Origin: an uncultured bacterium
Lineage (GTDB): Bacteria > Auribacterota > Erginobacteria > Erginobacterales > Erginobacteraceae
Assembly (NCBI GenBank): GCA_963822585.1
Contig: CAWGIE010000016.1
Coordinates: 1-64,000, forward strand
Direction of reading: 5' to 3'
DNA length: 64,000 nucleotides
This document shows positions 33,417-44,116 of the stretch, piece by piece. Below the pieces are notes generated by a model that was given only the letters and a program-made list of their open reading frames with translations, searched no databases and had not been told where the DNA came from. Every line of letters begins with the position of its first letter. Position 1 is the stretch's first letter. The translations under genes were made by a program, and so were the position numbers.

Positions 33417-34772
33417 TTAACGCCTTTCCTGGACCGCGATCTCGGTCTGCCGTCCAGGAACGCCAGGCTGGCCAACGGATCTCGCCAGTCTGAGCGGCCG
33501 ACCACGCCGGCTGTTCTCGCGCAAGGTCATGCCGGCCAGCTCTGCGAGCGCGCGGCGGCGTGTGGCGGATATTGCCACAAGAAGGGTCAAGTAGAAATCC
33601 CAATAGGAGAGCGAGAGGAACGTGCCCGCCACCAGGTAGGCCACGATCGAGACCTGCGACATTCGCGCGAACTCCCCAGCCCAACGGAGCTCGGGGCGAC
33701 GCTTGGCCAGGCGCCGTATGCTCGCCGTGTTCAGCCAGCCAACCAGGGACAAGGAAAGCCAGACCAGAAAGGTCGGGAAGCCGTGCTCGCCGATCACCTC
33801 GAAATAGATGCTGTGCACGGCGCGAGCTGGCGCGCCTGGCGCAAACTGATCGACCACCGATTGTGTATACGGCCCCATAAATCCCGAGCCGGCGAGAGGG
33901 CGCTCCATCGCCATTTTCAGCGAGGTCTGCCACATGATCAGCCTGGTCTCCGCCGATTCGTCCCTGTGCTCGGCGAAAATCGTATCCATGCGCGCGGTCC
34001 AGCGCGGCGGCATGAAGGCAGCCGCCGCGCCGATGCAGGCAATCAGCGCAAGAGCAGAAGCCAGCTTGCGCGAGCTGTTAAACCATAGCAATAATCCAAC
34101 CGCCGCAAGCCCGAGCAAGGCGCCTCGCGAATAACTGGAAAAAATCGATAGAAGACACAGGACCGAGGCGAGCACCAGTACCCAGCGAACGCTGCGGTAC
34201 CGGGACTGAGAACCGAGGTAGCAGAGAAGCGGCAAGGTCACGAGCAGCGCGGCTGCCAGATCGTTGTTGTCCTCGATCATCGTTTCAGGGGGGCCGTATA
34301 CCCGATAGGCGCCGCCCGTCGCCAGGGCGAAGAGGCCGCCGCGGACGCCGAAATATGCGACCGATATCACCATGATCCAGATCATCGCATGGATACGGCG
34401 CCGATCGGTAAGCAGCGAATTGGTAAGCAATAGCACCAGCACAACCTTGAAGACCCGATCCCACTTGGCCCATACGACGTCAGCCGGAGCGAGCGCCACG
34501 AGCGAGGTCAGCGTTATGCAGCACATAAAGGCAGCGAGGATCTTGGCTGTCGTATCAAAAGCCAATCGCTTGGGCTCGCGCGCCACGCAGCATCCCAGAA
34601 CGGTGGCGGCGAACACCATTGCCGCCCAAGGCATGTCCCGCACAAAGCCCCACGCCATCCGGTGCGGGTTCATGAAGGAAATCCAGGACCATACGAGGAT
34701 GCCAACGAACGGCCGCAGGGCGCAAACTGGCAGCAGGCCGAGAATAGCGAATCCGATTAGCGCTGCAGTCAT
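33417..34772 (-). CDS. O-antigen ligase/polymerase-like membrane protein (putative O-glycosylation ligase, exosortase A-associated type)
   Basis: RPFVGILVWSWISFMNPHR, DNNDLA, SYSRGA, HSIYFEVIGEHG; multiple TM segments. Confidence 0.9.
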   Translation of the reverse strand: MTAALIGFAILGLLPVCALRPFVGILVWSWISFMNPHRMAWGFVRDMPWAAMVFAATVLGCCVAREPKRLAFDTTAKILAAFMCCITLTSLVALAPADVVWAKWDRVFKVVLVLLLTNSLLTDRRRIHAMIWIMVISVAYFGVRGGLFALATGGAYRVYGPPETMIEDNNDLAAALLVTLPLLCYLGSQSRYRSVRWVLVLASVLCLLSIFSSYSRGALLGLAAVGLLLWFNSSRKLASALALIACIGAAAAFMPPRWTARMDTIFAEHRDESAETRLIMWQTSLKMAMERPLAGSGFMGPYTQSVVDQFAPGAPARAVHSIYFEVIGEHGFPTFLVWLSLSLVGWLNTASIRRLAKRRPELRWAGEFARMSQVSIVAYLVAGTFLSLSYWDFYLTLLVAISATRRRALAELAGMTLRENSRRGRPLRLARSVGQPGVPGRQTEIAVQERR

Positions 34773-35785
34773 CCCGCGATCCGTCGTGCCCGACTGTGCG
34801 GCTGCCGTATGTGGCGAACAACGGGCTCCAGCGCAAGCCAGGTGTTTCGCCCGACCAGCCGCTTCGCGGCAAGTTTCCGCCATTGGCACGAGCCGCCGAT
34901 GGCTGGGCAAATCTCGCGTGCCAGTGCGCGCAAGCAGGTGAAGTTCGCCTTCGTACCGAGTTCGAAGGCTCTGGACGCTTCCCAAAGCGCCTCTTCCGCC
35001 AAGCGCCGGTTCGCACGAGCTTGCAACGCCGGTCCATCGACCACCCGGCTGCCTTCCGTGGCGAAGAAGCTGCGGAATGCTGCGTGGCGCTGGGCAAGAT
35101 CGCCTAGCATCTGATTCGCCATGTAGCCGTTTCGCATGTTCTCGCCGTGCATTCGCGTGAATGCCTGAACTGCCTCGATGTTGCCGATATCACCATGCGC
35201 AGCCAGCCGAAGCCACATTTCGTAATCGCCGGCATGTGGCAGATCCGGTCGGTAGCCGCCGACCTGCTTTTGAACGGAGGTCCGAACCACGGCCGTCGCT
35301 GTTTCTACCGGATTGACCGGATTTTCGCATAGTGCACGGATAAAGTCGCGCCCGGATTGAATCCTAACCCCGCTTGGCTCGGATGCCGCGATCGCTGTCG
35401 GAGCGTCGTTTCCGGTGAAGCGGACAGCTCGCCCGTACACGAACGACAGGCAAGGATTTGCTTCCAGCAACGAAATACTGCGCGCCAATGCGCCCTGGGC
35501 AAGGAGGTCGTCTGCCGAAAGCAGCAGCAGATAGTCGGAGGAAACCCGGTCGATGCCCTCGTTATAGGTGGCGATATGGCCGCGGTTCATGGAATGCGAG
35601 ATCACCTCGACCTGCGGATGCTTGCCGGCGAGGCGGCGCGCAATGACCGAAGTGGCATCTGTCGAGGCGTCGTCGATCACCAGTGCCCTGGTCCGGCAGC
35701 CGGTTTGGCTCACGATACTTGCAACACAAGAGGCAAGAAATCTGCCGTAGTTATAGCAAGGCACGATAACATCTATGGATTTCAT
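34769..35785 (-). CDS. Glycosyltransferase family 2
   Basis: VIVPCYNYGRFL, IDDASTD, LSADD, GDYEMWLR. Confidence 0.9.
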   Translation of the reverse strand: MKSIDVIVPCYNYGRFLASCVASIVSQTGCRTRALVIDDASTDATSVIARRLAGKHPQVEVISHSMNRGHIATYNEGIDRVSSDYLLLLSADDLLAQGALARSISLLEANPCLSFVYGRAVRFTGNDAPTAIAASEPSGVRIQSGRDFIRALCENPVNPVETATAVVRTSVQKQVGGYRPDLPHAGDYEMWLRLAAHGDIGNIEAVQAFTRMHGENMRNGYMANQMLGDLAQRHAAFRSFFATEGSRVVDGPALQARANRRLAEEALWEASRAFELGTKANFTCLRALAREICPAIGGSCQWRKLAAKRLVGRNTWLALEPVVRHIRQPHSRARRIAG

Positions 35786-35912
35786 GCGGGAGCTTTCCTC
35801 GATGAACCGGCCGGCGTGAGCATGTGACCCGCCACCCTCATGATCCAGCCCGCAACTCAGAGCCGGTCTTGTCGCTCCAACATCCGCTGATTTTGCGATT
35901 GGAAAATGCGCT

Positions 35913-36813
35913 TCACAATCCCCGGGCTCCACGGAAGCTTGCTGCAGAAAACGACTGCAGTAATCGCCGGAACGGCCGGCCGAACCGACTGATACCGATG
36001 CCGTAGCGCATGCTTTCTCGCACGCAAGCGAGCGTTCGCCACGGATTGCGCGCGTCATAGAGCTGTCTGCGGCCAAGGTCCCACATGCATTCGGCATAGA
36101 TCGCGGCCGCCCGCGCGTCGCGTGCATCGGCCAGCCGCTTGTGATGCGTCCGCAGCAGCCGGTCGGTGAACGCGAGCTTGCGGTGTGGCCGTGCCGTGGT
36201 GATACTTCCATCTCGCCAATGGTACCAATACAGGGGGCGCGGTACATAAGTGAACTTGATGCCCGCATGGATCAGCCGGATGTTGAGGTCCCAGTCCTCC
36301 CGCATGCGCATGGCGGGATCGTAACATCCCACGGCCGCCAAGGCCGTTCGGCGAAAGAACATGGCGCGGCGGATGAAATCCTCTTCAAGAATCCCATAAT
36401 GCAGCTCGCTGGGAAATTCGGTACGCATCACTCGGCGCTCGCTTCCGGCGATCCGCAGAATATCGATGACGCACCAGCCGGCGTCCGGGGCGAGGTCGAG
36501 CGCCGAGGCCATGATCTCCAGGGCGTCCGGGGCAAGTTCATCGTCGGCATCCAATACGGCGATGTACTCGCCGCTCGCGAGGGCGATGCCTGCGTTGCGC
36601 GCCGCAGGCAGGCCGAGATTCGTCTGCCACGCCACTCGGAAGCGGGTATCGCCCCGATAGCCGGCGATGGCCGACGGCGTATGGTCGGTTGATCCGTCAT
36701 CGACAATGACGATCTCGAAATCCCGCATGGTCTGCCGCAGGACGGAGTTCGACGGCGCGCGGCAAAAATTCGGCGCAGTTATAGATGGGAATGATGACGC
36801 TTACGCGGGGCAC
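35913..36813 (-). CDS. Glycosyltransferase family 2; frameshift near 36750
   Basis: VSVIIPIYNCAEFL, then DFEIVIVDDGSTD, ARNAG, LDADD, EDWDL. Confidence 0.87.
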
Positions 36814-36818
36814 GGACG

Positions 36819-38312
36819 TCAGTCCCCTGCCGCGCGCAGTGCGCGGCGCATTAGCGGCACACGGAAAGCCAGCCCCTTCGATAGCAGAACCAACTCCCCG
36901 GCAAGCGGATGTCCGGTAACCAGGACGCCGGTGAGCCATCCGGCGCCGAACCCTGCGGCCGCCAACGCCAGCTTCGGCAAGCTTGCAAGCTGCGGGAGTA
37001 AACAAATCACGCCGATGGGCAGGGCAACCGCGGCCGCGGTGATCGCGGCGGCCCGCACGGCAATACCGGCCACGCGCCATCCGAGATGGACCGTAGTGCG
37101 GAGATATGCCAGCCAGGTAGCCGCGTGGAGCGCGCTGATCGCGATTGCCGCTGCGGCGACGGCGATGATGCCGTGCGGGGCGGCAATCAACACGCCCGCG
37201 ACGGCGATCGTCTGGTTCACGGCCTGTGCCGCCAGAACTGCCTTCACCCGCCCCAGCGCGATCAGCAGCGGCTGCGCCACGGGTTGTACGACCCAGAATA
37301 CGCCGCCGATACTGATCAGGCGCAGCAACGGCACCGCGTCGCTCCAGCGGGGGCCGAACAAGACCACGATGATCGGCTCCGCGCAGACCGAGAGAAACAC
37401 GAAGAACGGCCACGCGACCACCGCAATGTAGTCGAGCGAGTGCCAGCACGCCCCGCCGACGTCCTGCCCCGTGCGCCGCAACCCCGATATGACCGGCAGG
37501 ACCAGCGGCTGCACAGCCTCCATGATCAGCCGAGAATACAGGCCCGTCACGGATTGTGCACGATCAAGCACGCCGATCGCGCCCAGGCTCACGAAGCGTG
37601 CCGTGATCAAACTGGCGATGTTGGTGCTGAACTGCTGAAGCAGCGAGGACAGCATGATGCCCGAGCCGAACCGAAGCACCTCGCCGGCGCCGCGAATCGA
37701 CGGCAGGAAATGCTCGACCTGCGGTCGATAGAACGCGGCCGCCATGGATGTGACAGCTTGGCCGAACACGCTGGCGTAGGCAAGGCCGAGATAGCTCCAG
37801 CCAGCCAGTGAAAGCACAATCGCGCAGGCGGCATGCGCGCAAGCTCCGATCAGATTGATGCGGAGCAGGGCGGCGAAATCCATTTCGCGCTGCAGGACCG
37901 CGACGATGGTCGAGCTGAACGGTTGGACAAAAAAGCTGAATGACAGGATGAACTCGGCGCGTCCGACATCATTGCCATACAGTCTGCCGACCAGCGGGTT
38001 CGCAGCAATCAGGGCAAAGCCAAGCCCCCAGGCAACCACTCCGGTCGCGAACAGTCCGGCCCGTATATGGTCCGGCCCGAGATGCGGGCGTTGAACAAGG
38101 TAGCTGTTTACACCCATGTCGCGAATGACGTGGGCGAAACCGACGATCGCGAACGCAATCGAGAAGACGCCGAACCCCTGTGGCGTGATCAGGCGCGTGA
38201 CAACCAGGCTCGTGATGAACTGGATCAGCAGACTGCTGTATTTCTCGCCAAACGACAGCAGCAAGGACCGCCTGACCGTCGGTGCCGCAATCAGCGGGGC
38301 TGCTTCAGCCAT
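36819..38312 (-). CDS. wzx: Wzx-type oligosaccharide flippase
   Basis: RLITPQGFG, LQREMDF, LFGPRW; many TM segments. Confidence 0.88.
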   Translation of the reverse strand: MAEAAPLIAAPTVRRSLLLSFGEKYSSLLIQFITSLVVTRLITPQGFGVFSIAFAIVGFAHVIRDMGVNSYLVQRPHLGPDHIRAGLFATGVVAWGLGFALIAANPLVGRLYGNDVGRAEFILSFSFFVQPFSSTIVAVLQREMDFAALLRINLIGACAHAACAIVLSLAGWSYLGLAYASVFGQAVTSMAAAFYRPQVEHFLPSIRGAGEVLRFGSGIMLSSLLQQFSTNIASLITARFVSLGAIGVLDRAQSVTGLYSRLIMEAVQPLVLPVISGLRRTGQDVGGACWHSLDYIAVVAWPFFVFLSVCAEPIIVVLFGPRWSDAVPLLRLISIGGVFWVVQPVAQPLLIALGRVKAVLAAQAVNQTIAVAGVLIAAPHGIIAVAAAAIAISALHAATWLAYLRTTVHLGWRVAGIAVRAAAITAAAVALPIGVICLLPQLASLPKLALAAAGFGAGWLTGVLVTGHPLAGELVLLSKGLAFRVPLMRRALRAAGD

Positions 38313-38343
38313 GGCGATCGCTCCGGCGAGACCCGTAATGCTC

Positions 38344-39513
38344 TCAGGCGGCTGCTCGTGCCGACCGCCGCGCGTCGCGGCGACGGAGCGCCTCCTTCAG
38401 GGCCTCCACCACCAGAAGCTGATCGCCCTCGGTCATCTGCGTATAAAGCGGCAGCAGCAGGCAATGATCCCGCGCCCGCTCCAATTCCGCGAGCGGCGGA
38501 TGCACGTGGTGGTCGGCATAAGCTGGTTCGAGATGCGCGCACATGATGCCTCGGCGGGTCGCCACGCCCCGATCCAGCATCGCCTGCATGACGGCCAGCT
38601 GGTCCGCCCTAGGCGGCAGCCGCACGCAATAGCTCTGCCAGTTCGACCGGGCCCAGGTGGGCTCGAACGGGGGCACCACGTCGAGCGGCTCCAGGAGGCT
38701 GCGGTAGGCTTCCGCCAGGCGCCGGCGCCGCGCAACGGTCTCCGCCAGGCGCGCGAGTTGCGGTCGCCCGACGGCGGCCTGCAGATCGGTCATGCGGTAG
38801 TTGTAGCCGTGCACCGGATAGCTCTCGATCACCACCCTCGGTGCGGCGTGGCGGACCGTATCCGGCACGTCCATGCCGTGCTGGCGCCAAAGGCGGAAAC
38901 GGCGGTCCCAGTCGGCGTTCGCCGTGGTCAGCATGCCGCCTTCGCCAGTGGTCACGACCTTGCGCGGGTGCAGCGAGAAGCAAGCGATGCCGCCAAGCGG
39001 CGCGCCGATCGGCAGCCACGCGCCCTGCAGCAGAACCGTCGATCCGATCGCGCAGGCGGCGTCCTCGATCACCGGCAAATCATGGCGCCGCGCGATCGGC
39101 AGGATACGGGCGAGGTCGCACGGCATTCCCATCTGGTGCACGCACAGCGCGGCGCGCGTGCGCGGCGTGATCGCCGCCTCGAGCGCATCGGGCGACATGT
39201 TGAACGTATCTGGCTCAATATCGACAAAGACCGGAACCGCCCCGCACTGGCGGATGACGTTTGCCGTTGCGATGAAGCTGTGGCTGACCGTGACCACTTG
39301 GTCGCCGGGCGAAACGCCGGCGGCAAGCAGCGCCAGATGCAGCGCCGTCGTGCAGTTCGAGACGGCGCAGGCATGTGGCGCACCGACCCGCGCGGCGAAC
39401 TCGGTCTCGAACGCCAGCACTTCCTTGCCCTGCGACAGCCAGCCCGAGCGCAGCACCGCCGTGACGGCCGCTTCCTCCTCGGACCCCAGGAGGGGTCTGG
39501 CGAGCGGGATCAC
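38344..39513 (-). CDS. DegT/DnrJ/EryC1/StrS sugar aminotransferase
   Basis: SNCTTALHL, IEDAACAIG, FSLHPRKVVTTGEGG, GYNYRMTDLQAA. Confidence 0.93.
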   Translation of the reverse strand: MIPLARPLLGSEEEAAVTAVLRSGWLSQGKEVLAFETEFAARVGAPHACAVSNCTTALHLALLAAGVSPGDQVVTVSHSFIATANVIRQCGAVPVFVDIEPDTFNMSPDALEAAITPRTRAALCVHQMGMPCDLARILPIARRHDLPVIEDAACAIGSTVLLQGAWLPIGAPLGGIACFSLHPRKVVTTGEGGMLTTANADWDRRFRLWRQHGMDVPDTVRHAAPRVVIESYPVHGYNYRMTDLQAAVGRPQLARLAETVARRRRLAEAYRSLLEPLDVVPPFEPTWARSNWQSYCVRLPPRADQLAVMQAMLDRGVATRRGIMCAHLEPAYADHHVHPPLAELERARDHCLLLPLYTQMTEGDQLLVVEALKEALRRRDARRSARAAA

Positions 39514-40504
39514 GCCGCCTGCTCCTGCTGCCGACGGTTCTCCCGCCACCACTGCACCAGGTCGGCAAGCCCTGATGCAGGGGAATGGACGCCTCGAAGC
39601 CGATCAGGGCACGGGCCGCGCGCGTGTCGGCCAGCCGTCGTGGCACCGGATTGACCGTTCGTTCCGGCTCATGCACGGGATGCAGGCCAGGCTGGCCCAT
39701 CAGCTCGGTCAGCATGACGGCAAGATCGCGCAGGCTGGTTTCGCGGCCGCAGCCGATATTGAGCGTTACGTCCGTGGCTGCCGCCTCGGCGGCCAGTATG
39801 TTGGCCCTGGCGATATCGCAGCCGTGCACCATGTCCATCGTCTGATGCCCGTCGCCGAAGATGATCGGCGCCTGCCCCGCCTCGATGCGTTCCATCCACC
39901 TTATCAGCACCTCGGTATAGCGCCCGTGGATATCCATTCGCGGACCGTACACATTGAAGTAGCGGAGACAGACGCAATCGAGTCGGTGCATCTCGGCGAA
40001 CACCCGCGCCAGACCCTCGCCGAACAGCTTTGCCACGCCATAGAGCGTGCGGTTGCCGTAGGGGTGGTGATCTTCCGGCGTCGGAAAGGTTTCGGCCAGA
40101 CCGTAAACCGAGGCCGAGGAGGCCATCACCACCTTGCGCACCCCGAGCGAAACACAGGCCTCGAACAGGTCGAAAGTCGCGTCGACCATCACCTCCATCG
40201 CGCGGCGCGGTTCCGCGGCACACTGCGTGATGCGCAGCGCCGCCATGTGAAACACGGTGTCGGCGCCGGCGAGCAGCTCGCGCATCAGCGCGCGGTCGCG
40301 AATGTCTCCCTCGCGCAGAACGACCGGACCGCGCGCCCGTGCGCGGTCGAGATTTTCCGCCCGACCGCGCACCATGTCGTCTACCGCAATGATTTCCCGG
40401 CAGCCGCAGTCGACGAGACAATCGACGGTGTGCGAGCCGATGAACCCGGCACCCCCCGTCACTACCACCTTGCGGTCGCGCAGGACCAACTCCGGCATCG
40501 TCAA
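39510..40504 (-). CDS. NAD-dependent epimerase/dehydratase; frameshift near 39570
   Basis: GGAGFIG, ASSASVYG, YGVAK, RYFNVYGPRMD. Confidence 0.9.
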
Positions 40505-41229
40505 ATCCTTTCACCAATATCGGCACGGACACCGCCGTCCGGCCGGTCATCGTGACGCGAGCCGATGATGCGCGCCGGTATTCCGGCCGCCTTGGCGTAA
40601 TCTGGCACGTCGCGGGTGACGACCGCGCCGGCACCGACCACGGCCCCCCGCCCGATTGTCACGCCGGGCAGCAGCACCGCATTCACGCCGATATCCGCGT
40701 GATCGCCGACCCGCACCGGGCCGATGCGCAGATCGGTCGCGATGATCGGCGCCGCGACGGGGAAGCCCGTATGCTCGGAACCGAGCACTTTTGCGCCAGG
40801 CCCCCACCCGACATACTCGCCGATCTCCAGATCGCGTGCGTCCAGGAAGCTCTGCGCGCCGATCCAGGACATTCGGCCGATCCTGCAATGTCCGTCGACG
40901 CGGCCCTGGATGATCGTCTGGTCGCCGATGCACACGCCATCGCCAATTCGCATCGTTTCCGGATGCCGCAGCCTGACCCCGACGCCCACCTTTACGCCCT
41001 GCCCGCAATCCCGCAGCAACGCCCGTAGGCACACCCTCCGCAGCAGATCGTCGATGATGCCCTCGCCACGGCCGAAGCGGTGGAATTGCGCCAATATCTC
41101 TGCGGGTTCGCATTGCGCAGCCAGCGCTTCCGCCAGCGCTATTTCGTGCTCCGGATCCGGCCCGACGGCGCGGCGTCCATGCACGGCCGGAACCGTGCGG
41201 TAAGTCCCGTTAGCCCAGCGCGACGGCAT
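40501..41229 (-). CDS. Hexapeptide-repeat acyltransferase
   Basis: Left-handed beta-helix repeats IGVNAVLLPGVTIGRGAVVGAGAVVTRDVP. Confidence 0.9.
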   Translation of the reverse strand: MPSRWANGTYRTVPAVHGRRAVGPDPEHEIALAEALAAQCEPAEILAQFHRFGRGEGIIDDLLRRVCLRALLRDCGQGVKVGVGVRLRHPETMRIGDGVCIGDQTIIQGRVDGHCRIGRMSWIGAQSFLDARDLEIGEYVGWGPGAKVLGSEHTGFPVAAPIIATDLRIGPVRVGDHADIGVNAVLLPGVTIGRGAVVGAGAVVTRDVPDYAKAAGIPARIIGSRHDDRPDGGVRADIGERI

Positions 41230-42340
41230 GGCCCACCCGTGGCTGTCCCGTGACCCCGATCAGCGCGTCGCACACATGACCCCCCTGCTGCTGGCTCATG
41301 CCCGGGAACAGCGGCAGCGACAGCGTTTCCTTGGCCAGCTGCTCCGCCACCGGGAACGCTCCCTCGGAATAGCCGAGATCGGCGTAGGCCGGCTGAAGAT
41401 GCACCGGAACCGGGTAATGCGCCCCCGTCTGCACGCCTTCGGCCGCGAGGTGGGCGCGCACGGCCGCCCGCTGCGGCACACGCACGGCGTAAACATGGTA
41501 GACATGGTCTGCTCCGGCGCCCGGCGCTGGCCGAACGATCCCGGCATTGTCCAGCCTGCTATGGTAATCCGCTGCCAGCTGGCGGCGTGCGTTCGTCCAG
41601 CCGTCGAGATGTCGAAGCTTGACGTTCAGGACGGCTGCCTGGATTTCGTCCATCCGGTAATTGAAGCCCTTGAGCAGGTGCAGATATCGCTCCTTCTGTC
41701 CCCAATGCCGCAGCAGCCGCACGCGCTCGGCATGGTCGGCGTCGTTGGTGACGACCGCACCGCCCTCGCCGCACCCCCCCAGATTCTTTGCCGGATAGAA
41801 GCTGAAGCAGCCGAGGTCCCCGAACGCGCCGGCGCGCCGCCCGTCACGCACCGCGCCATGGGCCTGCGCCGCGTCCTCGACGACCACGAGCCGATACGCG
41901 CGGGCGATCGCGACAATGGACGACATGTCTGCCAGCCGGCCATGCAGGTGCACAGGCACGATCGCCCTGGTCCGCGCCGTGATCGCCGATTCCAGCAGGC
42001 GGCAGTCCATCGTCCAGGTATCGGCATCGATGTCCACGAGCCTGGGGATCGCCCCGACAGCTTGGATCGCCGCTATGGTCGCGACGAAGGTCATCGGCAC
42101 GGTAATGACTTCGTCCCCGGGGCCGATCCCGGCCGCGAGCAAGGCAAGCTGCAGCGCGGCGGTGCCCGAGCTGACCGCGACGGCATGCGCCACCCCGCAG
42201 TACGCGGAGAAGCCCCTCTCGAACGCCTCGTTGTGAGGACCGAGAACGTAGTTGCCGCTCCGCACGATGCGCTGAACGACGTCCACGAGTTCGTCCTCGA
42301 TCCCCTGATGTTGCAGGGGAAGATTGGTCAGCGGAATCAC
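41210..42340 (-). CDS. DegT/DnrJ sugar aminotransferase (WbpE-like)
   Basis: SSGTAAL, EDAAQAHG, SFYPAKNLG, NYRMDEIQAA. Confidence 0.93.
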   Translation of the reverse strand: MIPLTNLPLQHQGIEDELVDVVQRIVRSGNYVLGPHNEAFERGFSAYCGVAHAVAVSSGTAALQLALLAAGIGPGDEVITVPMTFVATIAAIQAVGAIPRLVDIDADTWTMDCRLLESAITARTRAIVPVHLHGRLADMSSIVAIARAYRLVVVEDAAQAHGAVRDGRRAGAFGDLGCFSFYPAKNLGGCGEGGAVVTNDADHAERVRLLRHWGQKERYLHLLKGFNYRMDEIQAAVLNVKLRHLDGWTNARRQLAADYHSRLDNAGIVRPAPGAGADHVYHVYAVRVPQRAAVRAHLAAEGVQTGAHYPVPVHLQPAYADLGYSEGAFPVAEQLAKETLSLPLFPGMSQQQGGHVCDALIGVTGQPRVGHAVALG

Positions 42341-43363
42341 GACACGAGCCTCAATGGCGCCATTTCGATCGGATGGCCGCGCAGCCGCATCGAGCGGGTC
42401 GCCGCTTCCAGCGTCTGGACCACGCTCAGCCCGAGCCGGCCTCCGGTGAGCGGCGCGGTGCCGTTGGCGATGCAGTCGATGAAATGCGCGGTTTCGAGAA
42501 GCAGCGGCTCTGCCGCTTTCAAATGCGGCGCCCACATATCGCCGCTGCGGTAGCCGACCAGCATCTGATGGATGTCCTGCCGCTCCTCGCTGAGCTGAAC
42601 CCCGCGATCGTAGATCTTGACCTTCTCGGAGGGCTCGAGCTCGTCGTAGACGACCATCTTGCGGCTGCCGCCGATCAGTACGCGGCGCACTTTCACCGGC
42701 GCCAGCCAGTTGACATTGAGATGGGCGACCGCGGGATCGAAATGCAGCGTGATCTGCGCCATGTTCTCCGGATTGCCCTTCAGGTGGCTAATTCCATTGG
42801 CGGATACGCTGACCGGCGACCGTCCCAGCAGCAGATGCAAAATCGAGAGATCGTGCACCGCCAGATCCCAGATCACGTTCACGTCGCGCTGGAAAAGGCC
42901 GAGATTGATGCGCGTCGAGTTGGTAGTACCATAGCTCGCCAAGCTCGTCTGCCTGGGTGAGCCGGTGAATCGCCTGCACGGCCGGAGAGTAGACGAACGT
43001 GTGGTCGACCAGCAGCACCAGATTGCGCCGGCCGGCCTCCTCGATGAGCAGCATCGCCTGGTCGGACGTCTCGGTCATCGGCTTTTCGAGCAGAACGTGA
43101 CGCCCGGAGCGCAAGGCGGCATCGGCGATTTCGTAGTGCGTGCGCACCGGGGTGGCGATTGCAAGGGCGTCAACCCCGGGGATGGAAAGCGCCGCGCGCC
43201 AATCGTTCAGCAGCTGCGCGGTCGGGAAACGCTTCGCTGCGCGCACCAGCGCTGCCGGCGAGGGATCGGCGATCGCCACGATGCGGCACCCCTCGGTATC
43301 GCCGAAGCAGCGCGCCAGGTTCGGGCCCCAGTACCCGTAGCCGATGATTGCTATGCCGATCAT
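42337..43363 (-). CDS. Gfo/Idh/MocA oxidoreductase (WbpB-like); frameshift near 42925
   Basis: GYGYWGPN, EKPM, DHTF, RINLG, WDLAVHD. Confidence 0.9.
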
Positions 43364-43893
43364 CGCGCGCGCTCCCGGCTTTCCGGGCGGTTTGCGGCGA
43401 CTCTCTCATCTGGCGCCGCGCCCCCCCGCACCGATCCGACCGGACGCGCCGGCACGCCGGCGACGATCGTGAACGGCGGCACATCCGTCGTGACGACCGC
43501 CCCGGCACCCACCATTGCCTGCTCGCCCACCACGGCCCCCGCCAGGATCGTGGCATTCGAGCCAATCGAGGCACCGCGGCGCACCAGGCTCGGGATCACC
43601 GTCCAGTCTGCCTCGGTTTGCGGTGTGCCATCGGCGTTCGCGGCACGCGGATAAAGGTCGTTGGTGAACATCACGCCATGGCCGATGAACACCTCGTCCT
43701 CGATCGTCACGCCCTCGCATATGAAACTGTGCGACGAAATCTTGCAGCGCGCGCCAACCGAAGCGTTCTTTTGGATTTCCACAAACGCGCCGATGCGGGT
43801 GTCGTCGCCGACCGCGCACCCGTAGAGATTAACAAGGTCGGCATGAAAAACTTCTACACGGCTGCCGAGCCGAACATCTGCACCGATCGCCAT
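43360..43893 (-). CDS. Sugar N-acetyltransferase (WbpD/WxcM-like)
   Basis: NLYGC, IGAFVEIQK, KISSHSFICEGV, FTNDLYPRA. Confidence 0.9.
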   Translation of the reverse strand: MAIGADVRLGSRVEVFHADLVNLYGCAVGDDTRIGAFVEIQKNASVGARCKISSHSFICEGVTIEDEVFIGHGVMFTNDLYPRAANADGTPQTEADWTVIPSLVRRGASIGSNATILAGAVVGEQAMVGAGAVVTTDVPPFTIVAGVPARPVGSVRGGAAPDERVAANRPESRERAR

Positions 43894-44116
43894 CCCATCC
43901 CCCTCTTCACATGGCTTTCGGCGCAGACCCACTGCATGCCAACCGAAGTCTAGCAAGCAAAAGGCCGATCTTCAACCAAAAACCTGTCGAGACCCGGAAC
44001 ATTCTAGACAAACTTGGTTGCAATCGGCGATCATCCCCTTCACTGGTCTTGCCGACGCTGGTATTATCGTGTGTTTCGATGACCTTGCCGGGCGAACCGT
44101 TGCCAGGCGGATGTTT

